This document shows positions 26,919-40,600 of a stretch of DNA of 64,000 nt, in pieces. Positions within the stretch are counted from its first letter, which is position 1, and each line of letters opens with the position of its first letter. Below the pieces are notes generated by a model. That model did no database searches, was not told where the DNA came from, and was given only the letters and a program-made list of their open reading frames with translations. The position numbers and the translations under genes were made by a program. Source of the DNA: Antedon mediterranea (Eukaryota > Animalia > Echinodermata); the NCBI RefSeq assembly GCF_964355755.1, contig NC_092677.1, forward strand, positions 14,592,101 through 14,656,100. The letters are read 5' to 3'.

Positions 26919-27402
26919 TACGTTGGATAAGAATAGTGATGGATTGAGGTTATTTAACTACAGTATTATGATGTAGCATGTACCTGTATACTTGATTAGC
27001 ATAGACCAACAGCTACATTATTATATAGTGCAATCAACTATTGTACAAACATGATTTTATAGCATTTACCGTACTGTATTCTGCAGTAGTGTATTAAGAC
27101 AATTAAACTATATTATAGTATCAGTCAACTGTACAAACATGATTAGCAAATACTGTATACAACAGTAGAAATGACCAGGAAGGATGCACGTTGGATTTTA
27201 CAATAAAACAAAAATAACAGACATATTCTTATAGATTTAGATTTCCGAATTTTCTCTCTTGAGACGTTTCTATCATTCGGACATTAGGCTTTCAACGATT
27301 TCTTTCCATCTGTTTCTGTTTTGACCAGGATGGTTTGTTATTGTTCTAAAGACTATGATTTTTCCTTTTAAATCTTTGATAATGCTGTAACAATGGTTTT
27401 AT

Positions 27403-27561
27403 TATAAATCCAAAGGCAAATAACTGAAAAAATGACAATGCTGTGGGTATCGGTGGCTGGATCTCAATGGAGATACAAAAAAAAGAAAAGGGAAAAGCTA
27501 TATCAAAACGATAAAGTAAAATAGCCAGAAAAGTTAACAGAGCTTTGCCTTTGGATTTATA
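27403..27561. mobile_element. Candidate MITE with perfect 18-bp inverted termini
   Basis: TATAAATCCAAAGGCAAA (27403-27420) and its exact reverse complement TTTGCCTTTGGATTTATA (27544-27561). Confidence 0.5.
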
Positions 27562-28196
27562 TATTATATTAATGAAACGAAAATTGACAGTTACATTTTG
27601 AGAACAGTACTCCATATTGATTGAGTTTGAAAGTTTATCGACATGTTGAACTCTGGAAGACCAAGTATCATAATCTCATGGAAACACTACATTCAATGGC
27701 TTGCTGACGATAATACAACTCGGAAGTATACCAGGATTCCATGTTTTCTATCTTTTAAGTCTTTAAAGCTTTGAAAACATGCAAGATATCACTAGTAGGA
27801 AAGTATATATGTCCGAGTTTATTAACCTTAAATTCAAATGCACATAAATGAAACAAACATATTAAACAGATAAGAAAACTATTTAAAGATGAGATATAGA
27901 CAAAATATGATAACAAATGAAACAATATAATTTGTTTATATTCTTCTGTTTGTTTTCTGATGAATGTGCCATGATGCTATATGAATAATAACTGTGGTAT
28001 GTTATTTGCTGTTTCCTTTTGTTAAACTGTACATGACTTTGTCAATTTAGACTTTAGCACTTCAGACTGTTAGTCGTAGGTTGAATACTGTGACGTACAC
28101 CAATAAATGAAAAATGCAAATTATAAGACACCAAGCACTATAGCATCGCATTAAGCATGTATTATCTGTCCCTTATATCAGCTTCCTGTTCGGTTA

Positions 28197-28560
28197 TATA
28201 GTCAACCTGTAATAATAAATTACAGTAACCATGTTTATCCACAAATATGCAAATTATTACATCATGTTATAGCAAATAAAGATCCAATTTACACTTTAAC
28301 GTTTAGGTCCTAGGCTATAAGATTGGGCCAACATTTTTTGAGTCCAGTCTAACATATTTACACTTTTGTTCCAAATGACATCTCTGATGAATTTTAATTT
28401 CATAATGTTCAATTGCATTTAGTTAGGCCTCCACATCTTATCATTTAGAAAACTTTTGAGAGGTGGTCTAAACTTTGGGCCAATTCTAGAGTGGCCCAAA
28501 GTTTAGACCTTGTTATGTACAAGGAATTTAATCAGCAATGTTATAACAAGGGAGACTGTA
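28197..28560. mobile_element. Possible degenerate Tc1/mariner-type MITE
   Basis: Right end GTTATAACAAGGGAGACTG|TA is typical of CAGT-terminated, TA-flanked elements. The left end TA|TAGTCAACCTGTAATAA is only a weak match. Confidence 0.3.
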
Positions 28561-29830
28561 TACCTGTGTACTTCAACAAGGAGTATAAATGGGTACTTAA
28601 AGTACCATAAGTACTTTATGGTGATGATAGTACACTGCACTTTTTAGTGCTATCTTACCTACTTGTATATCAATATCACTGTTGACATATGTAGATTTTA
28701 AAAGGTTGTAAAATTTCTTCAAATGTTTAGAAAGGTTTTATTATGTCTATTAAATTTTATCAAATTTTTAGACAAAACAAGTCTTTAAATGTTTAAATAA
28801 TTTTACATTTCTAAATAAGGGGAATAGGATGTTGCCCTTTTATTTGTATTAGCAAAAAAATGAAAAAAAAAATGATAGATCAAAGTTTATGAAATAGTAG
28901 ACAAAACAGTCTTTTTACAAGTAGATATTTTCTTTCAATTTCACCATTTCAAATTTGTTTTGTCGCTATTTTTATCTTAAAATTACAACAAAAATTGATT
29001 GATATACATCGTAAATCATCATATTTCAAGTTTTCTTGAAGCAGGACATTAATCTATCTTTAGTTGACAGAATACTATGCAGATTGTTTTAATTATTTAC
29101 TATTAAATAGATCCTTCTAAAGGGACACTTTTAGGTGTACAAATTCAGTATATTCGAAAGGTACGTTCTCCTTTATATATTCCCACTAAAGCTAAAATGA
29201 TATCCAACAAATTTTTACCATAGTAATACAGTAGGTCCCTATCTTTCCACCACATTAAAATTAATTTAATTTAAAAAAATTGGTATAGACCAACCCAAAT
29301 TTCGTGTCCAGGGATGAGGTGTGGTGGATACTTGATTTTGTACAGACAATTTTATCTCATTCTTAAAAATCATGGGATTTTTCTTTTTTTTTATAGTTAA
29401 AATCATATAGTCTACTTCAATGTTCACTTTTTATTTACTAAACTTGAAAATTCAATTTTTAATACAGTTTAAATTTGGTAGATTGGATCTACTATACTGA
29501 ATTAACATTCCTTCAATATTATTTTTGTATATCTAATTTTTAGAGCCAGTTCAGAGTAAGAGATAATTTGTAAAGCGAACAAATGTTACCATCTTGGAAT
29601 GGAATTTCAAAAGGCAAATTTGTGAAAGTTAAATAAACCATTTAAACAGAAATTCAATTCAATTTTATTACATAATATTGATTTACATACGATCTGGAAA
29701 ATTAAATGTTGCCATCATCTGCATATTTAGAAATCTCAAGAATAAAATGGATGGAAACTTTAATAGATAGTATTGAAGAGGTGTATCAAATTTATTCAAC
29801 AGTTTTTAATTTCATAAATATAATCAACAC

Positions 29831-30050
29831 TCAATCATTTTCTATTTTTTATTTTTTAATCCGTTATTGAATATTGCCAAAAATATAAATTTAATAAACA
29901 ACATCCCGCACACTAATCATTTATTTTTAAATCCTTTATTGAATATTGCCAAAAAAATGAATAACTTGATAAAATAAACAATATCATGTACTACAACCAA
30001 TCATTTTATTTTTTATGTTTGTCAAGCCTTTATTGAATATTTAAAAAATA
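29831..30050. repeat. Three degenerate 75-95-bp tandem units
   Basis: AATCATTT...TTATTGAATATT(GCCAAAAA) repeated three times. Confidence 0.7.
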
Positions 30051-33000
30051 AAAAAATCTTACTGAAAAAAAATTCCATTATTGGAATTAACAAAACAATA
30101 TTGATTAATAAAATCATTAAAAACAAACTATATCGGTAAACAAGAAAAAAAAAGATGGTTAATAATCAGTAGAAACATGCCTATAAATAATGAATGCCTA
30201 ATAATTAATGACCAATATTAGGTCAAACCAATTAAAGCAGGGTGTATATAGGTTTATTAGGCAATTCATTGACACCATTAAATAACATTATACTTTCAGT
30301 ATAGTTTAATAAAATATAATAAATAACTTGATAAGAAATAATGATAAAGTGTTTTTCTAATGTAATACTGACTTATTGACTAGATCTGGTAAAATGTTTA
30401 ATACAGTATCAAAAGTAGGACAGGAGAGGAAAAAAATGTTTATTAAACAATACTGTATTGAATCAGCTTTATAATGGTTAACTTATTAGGTTAAGTGCTT
30501 TGAATTAACCCACAAGCAGTCATTATTGATATTGAGGTGTCGCTATTTGCTTAACTAAAGAATGGCAAACAAAATTGGAACGCCAAGCTAGTTTTACCGA
30601 AGCATATTACACAGTGCAGAGGATTTCGAGTTGTTTGGGGTTGTGAAAGAAATATTATCACTATTTTCATATAAATATTGTCAAATAATTATGGGCTGGT
30701 AATTTTTAATTATTTAAAAAAAAATATAAACGAGCTTTTGGTTAGGTCTGTTCACCATAAGTATGAAATGGACTTTTCTTTAGCAAAAAGGGAATGGGAA
30801 AAGTTTGTTCAAACCCTGGCTATAGGCTTATCATTAAAAATGTATTTTAAATAATAGATACTTTAGTAGTAGAAGCCTATGTTCTAACATTGGAGTAGAT
30901 ACACCTTTATTCCGACTACCATCATCAATAATGTTCATGAATACCAAATACAGAGAATGCCGAGAAAACATGTTTTTCTAACAAATAGATTTAAGTAAAT
31001 GATAAATAGCCCAACAGAACAAGCCTCAATATAGCATTGTCCATTGTCAGACATCCAATCATTTAATAGACCAGCAATGAAGATCTCAGAAAACAATGAT
31101 ATTGTTTTGGTTGGTCTTTAATTGCAGACTAGGCAATTTTTCAGGCTGAATTAACAGCTCAATTTCAACCACAGTGCCATTGGGTCACTGTCAAGGCATA
31201 ATTTACTACACATAATTGTACCAGAGGGGGTATCAGGATGATAACCAAACACCTACACACCTACTACATTGTAGTTTACCCTATAGGCCTACTGATTTGA
31301 TCTAAAGTGCCTATAAAAGTCTTCAAAAGTCAATTCCCTTCCTTTCCTCTCCTCAAGTTACTCAACTTTTGATTAACTTTTTGTTTATTTTATCAACAAT
31401 GTTAAACCACTATTTCAATTAGTGTGGTGTATGTAATGGATTAATGAATGATTTGATCTTTTGGAATGATTGATATCTACATGATTATAATATATATTTA
31501 TTAATAAATTAATATAATTAATTTAATCTGTGTTGTATGTGACCACCACAGTAAATCGACAACCATTATTTTGAAGACATCTGACATTGACAACAATAAA
31601 AGTTTGCAGTAAATCAATGTTATATATCCTCCTTTGTTGGTAACATAAATGTAACCAATAACCGCTTCTAAATATCAGTTAAAAACACCAAAATGCCAGA
31701 GCCATAAATGCCAGTAACTGTCCATTAATGAATCATCGTATACATACATATACAATTCTCACATTGGTGTTATGCTGCACCTAGCTCTCTACTCATATTA
31801 CATTGTATCCTTCTATTCATAATTGTTCTAACCTCCCAGAGGATTCGCAAACCCCAGGGGTTGGCTACATTAGGATTTAAGAGAATTCAATGTACTATTG
31901 TGATAAAAACGTTGAAAGTTGAATGAATTGATTGAATATAGATTTCTAAATTGATTTCTCTTTAAAATTATAATTGTTTCTGGGGTCTTTCTCGAGACAA
32001 GAAACTTGATTTCTTCTACTTTATTATCATGTTTATTTAAATACACACCTATGTTATACTGTACAATAATATACCATTATTGAATAAATAAATGTTTTTT
32101 TAACTTGAATTTGAAAACTGTTTCCTAAAGTTTATTTTCAACTCATTAGTCTGATATGACACCTCTGCGTTAATATCCAATAATTGTGTTTGTGTATTTT
32201 AGTTTATCTACAGCTATTTTTAGTATGAGAATGTCTATAGATTTCTACTGACATAGAAATTAAAAAATGTTCACCCACAGTGAAGTATAATCTGTGGCAA
32301 CGGTCACCACAGACAGTACAAGTTCAAGATCCAGTATGATGTAAAGTCAGCACCCTATATGTAGTTCTTGCCGCTTAACATCAAATTATTGGTTTTTAAG
32401 AAACAACTGTGTAACATTGCAGGATACCGGTTTAAGATATCCGCAGAGTAAATGCTTACTGAGGCAGACTATGATTTTATCAAACACTTCACCGTATGTT
32501 GTCGATGGCATGCAAAGAAGTATGGTACGCAACTGTCAGAGAGAATTACTGAGATTATACTTAAGTATTTGCAGATATGATGAAGTCTTCAGCTAATGCA
32601 TTTTCTTGTACCTATTCATGTTTTTCTGATCAAATGGTGGTTTTTATTTTTATTGGAACAAGAAAAATATTTGTATGGTTCTTGTCATCTTAATGGATAA
32701 TAATAAACAGGGAAATTATATTGAATTCACAGCAAGAGAGAATTATTTTCAATTGTATTGATTGTACTTGTGTTTGATAAAATGTTTTTGGCATATTGTA
32801 TATTAATTTTGAATGGAATTAATTTGGGTTTTTTTTAGTAACAATCACAATCTTACACTAAGTTTGCACTGCCTCTAACTGATAGCATGTTCATATGCAG
32901 CAGTTTATGAAAAACTCTGACCATTTATTATAATTCTACTGTAATTATAATGCAAATTTTAGCATTTAAAACCATATTCTAGTCTCCCAGACGGCATGTC

Positions 33001-33950
33001 CCTACCCATCAACCTGACGTCTTTCACATTAATACTTCAACAAATTCTATAGCATTGTCTCTGCTATTGTATGCTTGAAAATTTATTTTCAGTATTGCAA
33101 TTTAGATAGTTTGATTGGCTGTTGGCATTTGTTGGCTATCAAGATTGCTAATGTCCATCGTTTATTCTGAATGTCCAGTGTTGTCCGATTACAAATTGAC
33201 CCCTGCAATATTCTAGAGTGAATTGTCCTATTAATCAATCTTTACAAGGCTTTTAAAATATTCCATGTTCATATTTTGTTCATTACAATCATTGAAGTTT
33301 AGTTTTAATATGAACTGTATAGTAGATAAGCATTCTTTTCCTAATAACGTAATTGAAAATTGTGCCTTTTTTTAGTAATCTTTGCAAAGAAACAGAAATG
33401 TTTGTTTTAAACCATGTAAGGTACGTTTGATGATTTAGATGATTTTTCATTCAGCAGTCATTTAAAAAAAGAAAGTTTATTGAACAACAAATAGTTAATT
33501 CTAAATTTGTGCGCCTGTACAAATAAAAAAAAACATTTTTCATAATCTTGGAATGGAAATGGAATCATGGCTTCAAAACAATTACAAGGTATTTTGTGGA
33601 AAAGTTTTCATCCAATTTCAATTAAAATTTGTTTGGGGTATATCTATTTGTATTTTTTTTCTCAAAAATGTTGTTTAGGCCTACTGTACCTTTCGAAAAC
33701 AATCACAAGGTTTTATGTGTGACGTCAGAGATCTAATGTTTCCCATGTCACAGGTATTTTGTAGAATGCGGATAGATACACCTATACCAATCATGGTTTT
33801 GTTAGAGGTTAATCATTACTTTTGGTTCCCCCAGATTTTGAAAAACTAGAAAGATCTTAGAATGCTAATTTAAAATGTGGATAGATGGTATGATCCCTGC
33901 TATTCATGGTTTAAATGTCCCCTGTCTACATTATCTGTCTGTCCAATGTA

Positions 33951-34036
33951 CTACTTTTTTACAGTTTTTTTCAATTAACTATTATTATTATGCTACTTTT
34001 TTTAACATTTTTTTTCAATTAACTATTATTATGCTT
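33951..34036. repeat. Two-copy ~43-bp tandem repeat
   Basis: CTACTTTTTT..ACA.TTTTTTTCAATTAACTATTATTAT repeated. Confidence 0.75.
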
Positions 34037-34424
34037 TAATAGAGGTAAACAATAAGTTTGAGACACAGGTAGGATTTACCTCAAAATTTGCATTAATGAT
34101 GGTTAAAAATCATAAATTCCTTTTCCTTCTGTCTTAATCTTTTGCAAGATGAGAAATACTTAATATTGTCGTTTAAAACATTACAAGTAATTCTCAATTC
34201 ACTGTTACAATCCGTAGTTTATGATGATCAAATATAGATTGAGACGTTCAATCATGACTTCCGTCCCATTAATCATAGTTATATCTTATCGAACAAGATT
34301 TCATGAAGTCGGTCATTTTGCTGGAACTCTTTTGAGATGAAGTAACTATTGCGATTTGCCAGCAAGTTCTTTCTCAAAATCGTCTTGATTTTTACTTTTT
34401 TAAAGTAAAGTATTAAAATTATTA

Positions 34425-34679
34425 TTAAAGATGTATTTTCTCCCAATTCAAAAAAACATGACAATGAAAATAAGGCTTCTGCCATATTGCAGTTTGGTTA
34501 TATATATTAACTTCCGTACAACAGACAATTTGTTTTCTGCTTAAAACTACAGTTTTTCAACTAAATCATTTTTTTTTCTAATCAATTTTTTTATCAAAGA
34601 AAGCAACTATTATGTGACATTCAAATTGCATCCTCAACAAAAAACAATTGTTTGTCTTAAGGGAACCATATATCTTTAA
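34425..34679. mobile_element. TTAA-flanked MITE (Kolobok-like), second copy
   Basis: TTAA|AGATGTAT...ATATATCT|TTAA with the same internal blocks as 10933-11155. A partial left end also occurs at 18224-18260. Confidence 0.7.
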
Positions 34680-37600
34680 TCAAAGAAGATATAGTCATTT
34701 TGAGCCTAGTAAGATTTTAAAGATTTTTCAGTCATTACCTCAGTTAAGATACATCATTAATGTTTTACCTATGACCGTTCCATCTCAACTCATTTGAACC
34801 CAAATATTCATAGAAAGTAAAATATCCGAGAGAAATTAATGAACTGATAAATAATGCAATTTGTTCTTTCGTGCGAGTTGGTGTTACCTTTTCTTCATGA
34901 GAAATTTTTAAAAGTGATTTTCTAATGGAATCTATGATTGATCGTCCAGCAAATGTCACACAGATAACTTGCAAGTTTACACATGAATTATTCATAAGTT
35001 TTACCTGAGCTGTTGAATATTCATTACTCTGGAGAGCCTGTAGAATATTACTATATTCAGTAAGATTTTTATCGCATCTTCACATGTCATCTTTACTAAA
35101 TTGGAAGTTACAAATATCATAAATCCTTTAATCATTAATATTCATAAATTAATCTCTTTTATTATAAATATTCATTGCGCTGATTTTTATCCATATTTGT
35201 CTTGATTCAAGTTATATATTTTCAAAACGTATATGCACGGCTTATACTTTGTACAGTGTTAGAAATAATATTCTATTATTAATTTTTAAAATAATATTTT
35301 TTGGTGTATTTTCTGTGTTGTGTCCATCATAAGTGTCGTCCCTTTAGGCCGACCTGAATCTTGTACTGTACAACTTCTTGCCTCATGTATCATTAATCAA
35401 ACAGGCCATTAAGAACAATACGAGACAAGTACAACAAACACTTTAGTCATTACTCTGTCGAAAGCTATCAGGCTACTTAAGGTGATGCACTGAGCAAGTA
35501 GGCCTAAATGTGACAGGCTTGGCCGTTTACAATTGCAGCTAAATGCCAATAACATAGACATCATTATTTTTTAACAATTGCTCTTTAAATCTGTGAAGGA
35601 TTAAAAAGATACGTAAATAGATTTAAAGGGACATTTTATGTTGTAACCAATATTGACATTTTGTCATGCATTACAATTGTAGGCTATCATGCCTATAATT
35701 ATTTTTGTAACAAATGTCCACAAAATCACTGAACTGATTGAAATGATATGTTAAACATTTTGATTAATTTTGTCACATGTGTGGAATTCAATTGCTGGCT
35801 AAATGCAAATAATTATTTTTATAAAAAAAAAAAAATTAAGGTTGTTGGTTAAAGGATTGAAAAGCTATTTTAAGATTTATTGATACCAATTTTGTATTAT
35901 TTTGTCATCATGTATATAAAATTGATTTCTAAATGAATAGTTCTGTATACCATTATTTTGAGTCTCTTCGTATTGACACAAAAATAATTTTTTAGCTAAT
36001 CTTTGGTTTAATAAATAAAATCCAATATTTGCAAGACCTGATTAATTGGTTTTTTAAAATAAAAGACATTGTCATTTTAGCAGAGTTTAAACTATACATT
36101 TTAGGAAAATGTGTATGAGAAGAAAAAAACATATTTCTCCACAAACTCAGTGGATGGGAATAACTTTAGTTAGTCAGTACAAACAGGCTCCTCATCAATT
36201 GCAATTTTCCATTAAATTCAAGATTGCAAAGAATACTTGAATGTACAACAGAGTTTGAGAGACCAGTTCATTAAACCCTCAAATCTATCCCAAAGCATCT
36301 CTTTTTGTAACATATGACATATAAGTGCATTTTTATATACTATGGTATGTAACATGTGCCACAAAGATTCTTGTAATATCTAGCGGCAAACCTTTCAAGT
36401 CACTGCAGTAATAAATATGGTAATTTCTGTTTATTGTTTTCGGTTCCTAAAAGCAATCTAGTTATTGTAGAAATCTGCCATCATTTTGGGTTAACTACTA
36501 AACATTTCCTCTGGGAAATACGGATGAAAGTTTTTTGGTATATAAATGCAAATTTACAAATATCTTAAAATATTTTCATACAATAGTAATTGTGGGTCAA
36601 ATATTGATGAACGCTGATTATTTTTTTCTGTAAAAAAAAAAAAAATTATGATAATTACAAAAGCATAAATGAATCATTTAATTGATTTATTTATTTATTT
36701 TATTCTAATTATTGAAATTCTTTAGAGAAATATAATAATATTTTGAATTATTTTGAATTATTTTAATAAATGCCAATTTTATTGGAGGTGGGGAAAACAT
36801 ATATATACATACAGGTATACAAATTTCTCTTCAATTAGGATTTGCTTTCTTTCAGTATTCTTTGAAACCTGAACAAGCTAAATACTTCTTAGTAAAATCA
36901 AGGAATTTCTCCTCTAGAACCCTAGGGAGTATGTTTTATAAACTTGCATTTATTTTATACTGTACTTCAAGTTAATACTGCAAAATGCCTAGAGACCTTT
37001 TGTAATATACGTTGCAAGACTTGCATAAACATTGTCGTTATTAGTTTTTGGCAATTCAACCTCAAGTTGACATTTACGATAAAATTACCTTCTTCGGTAA
37101 CATTCGCCATCATTGGTTATGCTAGTCAAGATTCAAGACGTCTTACAACAATTAGTTCAATTAGGCTTTTCTGACCTATTTTGATACACCATCTTTAGGG
37201 TTATTACATGCTTTAATATCTTCTATGTGCCATCCTCGAAAATTATGCTATGTTTTCAAGTACTATTATTATTAATAATCAAGCAAAAGGTACTTAAATT
37301 TAAAGGTTGTTTTTTGTTCAGTATTTTTGGCACGTCAAAAACTAAGTTTCCAATGGAATGCAAAAACGATAGTTGCATAGATCTTGCATTACAATTTGTA
37401 ATAGTAATGTTGTCATACAATCTAAGAAAATAAATGATGAGAGTCAGTCTCTCTCTCTAGTACAATGCAGTGTAATATACATTTAGGTATTTATTTTGGA
37501 ATCCTTTTGAAATACTGTTGTATACCTACATAAAAATATCTTTAATGTTAATGAAATCCATTACTTTAACTGTTAGATAGGAAGACCAAAAGATAACTTG

Positions 37601-40600
37601 TTGAATAAAACATAACAAAGTACAAAAGATTTAAAAAGAAACATGTAGATATTCACAATAACAAAACTGGAACAAATCCGGGAAGTATAATGTCTGATTG
37701 ACAGAAAAACGTTTAAGAGAACTGTGGTTTATATTTATATTAGCATGTTATTGATAGGCAGTCTGTTGATGAGCAACTCTTTATTCTGATCAACCCATGG
37801 AAATATAATTGTCAGTGATATTGACCTTGTGTGATGGGCTTCCTGTAGAGATATGATTTAAGAATGCCACCAGTCATTTTAAAAAGTACTGTGCATGTTT
37901 TGATTGTTAAAATCCCTGATCTAATATCCATGTATGTGTCTTAAATAATTTTCTTCATAAAAGTTTGTTTTTCTAACACATTATGATTTTTAAGGAAGAT
38001 GGAATTGTTTGAAGAAGTACTGACTGATACATAGATTATTGCACCAGAACTTAAAAGGAACTAATCCCAAGAATAGCCTGCTTATGGTCCTGAACACTTA
38101 ATATATTAAGAATAAGACCTGACATATTTCCAAGGTGCAGAAATTATAAAATATTTTCAAGATCATAGATCAAATAAATAACATAGCGGTAATAGGACAC
38201 ACAACCCCTGGGCATAAGACTTTGACTGAAGGATATGATGAACTTGTACTTCTCTATCCCCTTTGAAGATTTGAAGAACTGTGTCTTTTCAACCATGAGT
38301 AAAGCTGCATATCAACAGGCTCATTTTGCACTCTTCTCAGCTGATAAAGTTACATGTTATTTATGTTGCCATCAAGATACCTTCAACAGCCTACTTGTAA
38401 ATCATAACTCACATAGCATTAAATATGATAATGTATGCTACAATATTTTGTATTCATAATATTTTTTAAAAGGGGAATGTTTTATATGCATTGCAATTTA
38501 GTGGCATTTGGTTACCAATCTCTGGATACATGGTTCAAATCTCATAATTATGTAAAGAAATCCTTTTAAATATGGTATTATGAATGTGTTTCCTTTGTAA
38601 ACATTTTGTTTTGAAATTCATTTATTCATCAACAATTTTTTTCTATAAAAAAATTATAAATCGACTATTAAACAATGGTGTTTTTGTGATTACAAAAAAA
38701 TGTTTAGGTTTGGGTCATTTTACGGGCAATAACGTGTATCATTTTCCGACTACTGTAAACCGTAATCTTCAATAATGTACCGATTCCATCACATTATTAA
38801 CCCATATAACGACTGCTAAAGAATTGTACGCAGCTCGTGCAGAAAATGTACGATCATTTATATGTCTGCATTTGAATGCTACTCATGGTGGATTGAATAG
38901 GGTGGCAATAGATCAAGTTAAACTGGGCTAATGTGGCAAATTTAGCATCTGAGATGAATGTTTAATTGAGCATTAAGGTTTACTTGATGCCAACCTTCAA
39001 GGTGTATGCTTTTAAGCCTGTAGTTAGTAAAGGCTGTTCTTGGAATTAATAGCTTGGTAATCAATCCAGATACGTCAGTGTTTGCTACAGCAAATGGTGA
39101 AAACGTATTAATGGTGGCTGTATCATCAAATGATCACAGGTAAAACCCAGGGGCCTCAGAGCTTAAGTCAAGAGCAAGGCTAAGAAAATAAAACCCCACC
39201 CCAACACAATTAACTCCTTAGTGTGTATATGCCTTTGCAACTCAAAACGAAACTAATCTGGGACTTCCTCAGCTTTAGAGGGCTCTTTTCCCCCTGCGTT
39301 ATGCCACATGCTAATATTACCTCAATACATAGATGAAATACAGGACAGCCAGACATTGGTGTTGATACATTGATGATGTTATTTTACTGGTTGTAAAATG
39401 AAGGTCACTTGATTCTACTTTTAGGAAATGATGTACAGATGTGGTTCTGGTATTTGATGCATCACTTTGTTTCAAGTTGATTGAGTAAAAAGACATGTCT
39501 ATTGATAAACATATTGAGGCCATGACCATGAACTTGCAGTTATATTTGTATTGAAGGAAGTGTTTAATGTCTGTACAGTACCTATAATAATTTACACTTT
39601 CAAATTATATATTGTAGGCACTTGGTTCATATGTAATATTGAAAAGATTTGGACTGATTTCTATTGAAGAGAAACTAAATAATCATAAACTGGTCTTTAC
39701 TTTGAGTTCTACCAACAAGTATATTATAGGTTGTTTTCAAAGTTGTTGAATATTCTATTTTATAGTGCCTAAAAATACAACACCATTAGCAGCATCTACG
39801 CATTCATTATAAATTGCTACTATACATCAATTCTTTAACTTGATAGGTATATGTAAATTATATAACAGAAGATAATGTAGTAAAAGGTATCTATATCAAA
39901 CATGCAGAACATGTGAAAATGCACAGTTTTTGAATACTCTGTGGTAACCAAGATGGATTGACATAATTACGCGCGGTTAACTGGTACACTTCAGTGCAAT
40001 GAAGTGTACCACTTTATACTTTCACATACTAATACAATTTATAAACTTTAATATAATCATGGAATATGCATTTTTTTTTTGGTAATCGTTGAAATTGATT
40101 CTTAACCCTGTAACTTTCAGACTGAAATATAATTTGGAAAAGTAAATGCATTTCATGGAAAAGTATTAGTTTATTAGCCAGAAATTCTGCATCTTCACAC
40201 TTAACGTTTTCAATGTGAAGTGTTAATAAGTAAATTTCCATTTCTACAGAAATTAGAATCGTAAGCTTGAAACATTTATACAGCGGCTACAGTTGGTATC
40301 TGAAAACAAAAATTACTGATTAATTTTAATAAATATTGGTGAATATTTGTATAGAGCACAATACTGTAATACCAAGGTATCAGCTATCATGTTATTAATT
40401 ATCTTTAGAAAAATTAAGGTAAAAAAGAACAGAAATAATCTAATTTTGTTTGTGAAATAATAGCTTTTATAGAACATGATTTAAGTTTGAAAATATTATT
40501 ATCATTGATAAAATAGTTTTTATTCTTTACCTTTTCTGACATTTACTATTTAATTTAGTTATTCCTTAGTTTGACTTTCCTCTCTTGTTCTATAAAAATA

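Noticed and set aside
39140-39311. Possible second hAT-like MITE ending GTTATGCCACATG
   Set aside because: Only one terminus is recognisable and no TSD is visible.
39317-39529. Minus ORF ending in hydrophobic MYQHQCLAVLYFIYVLR with donor GAG|GTAATA
   Set aside because: No convincing acceptor, homology or partner exons; cannot be told apart from chance.
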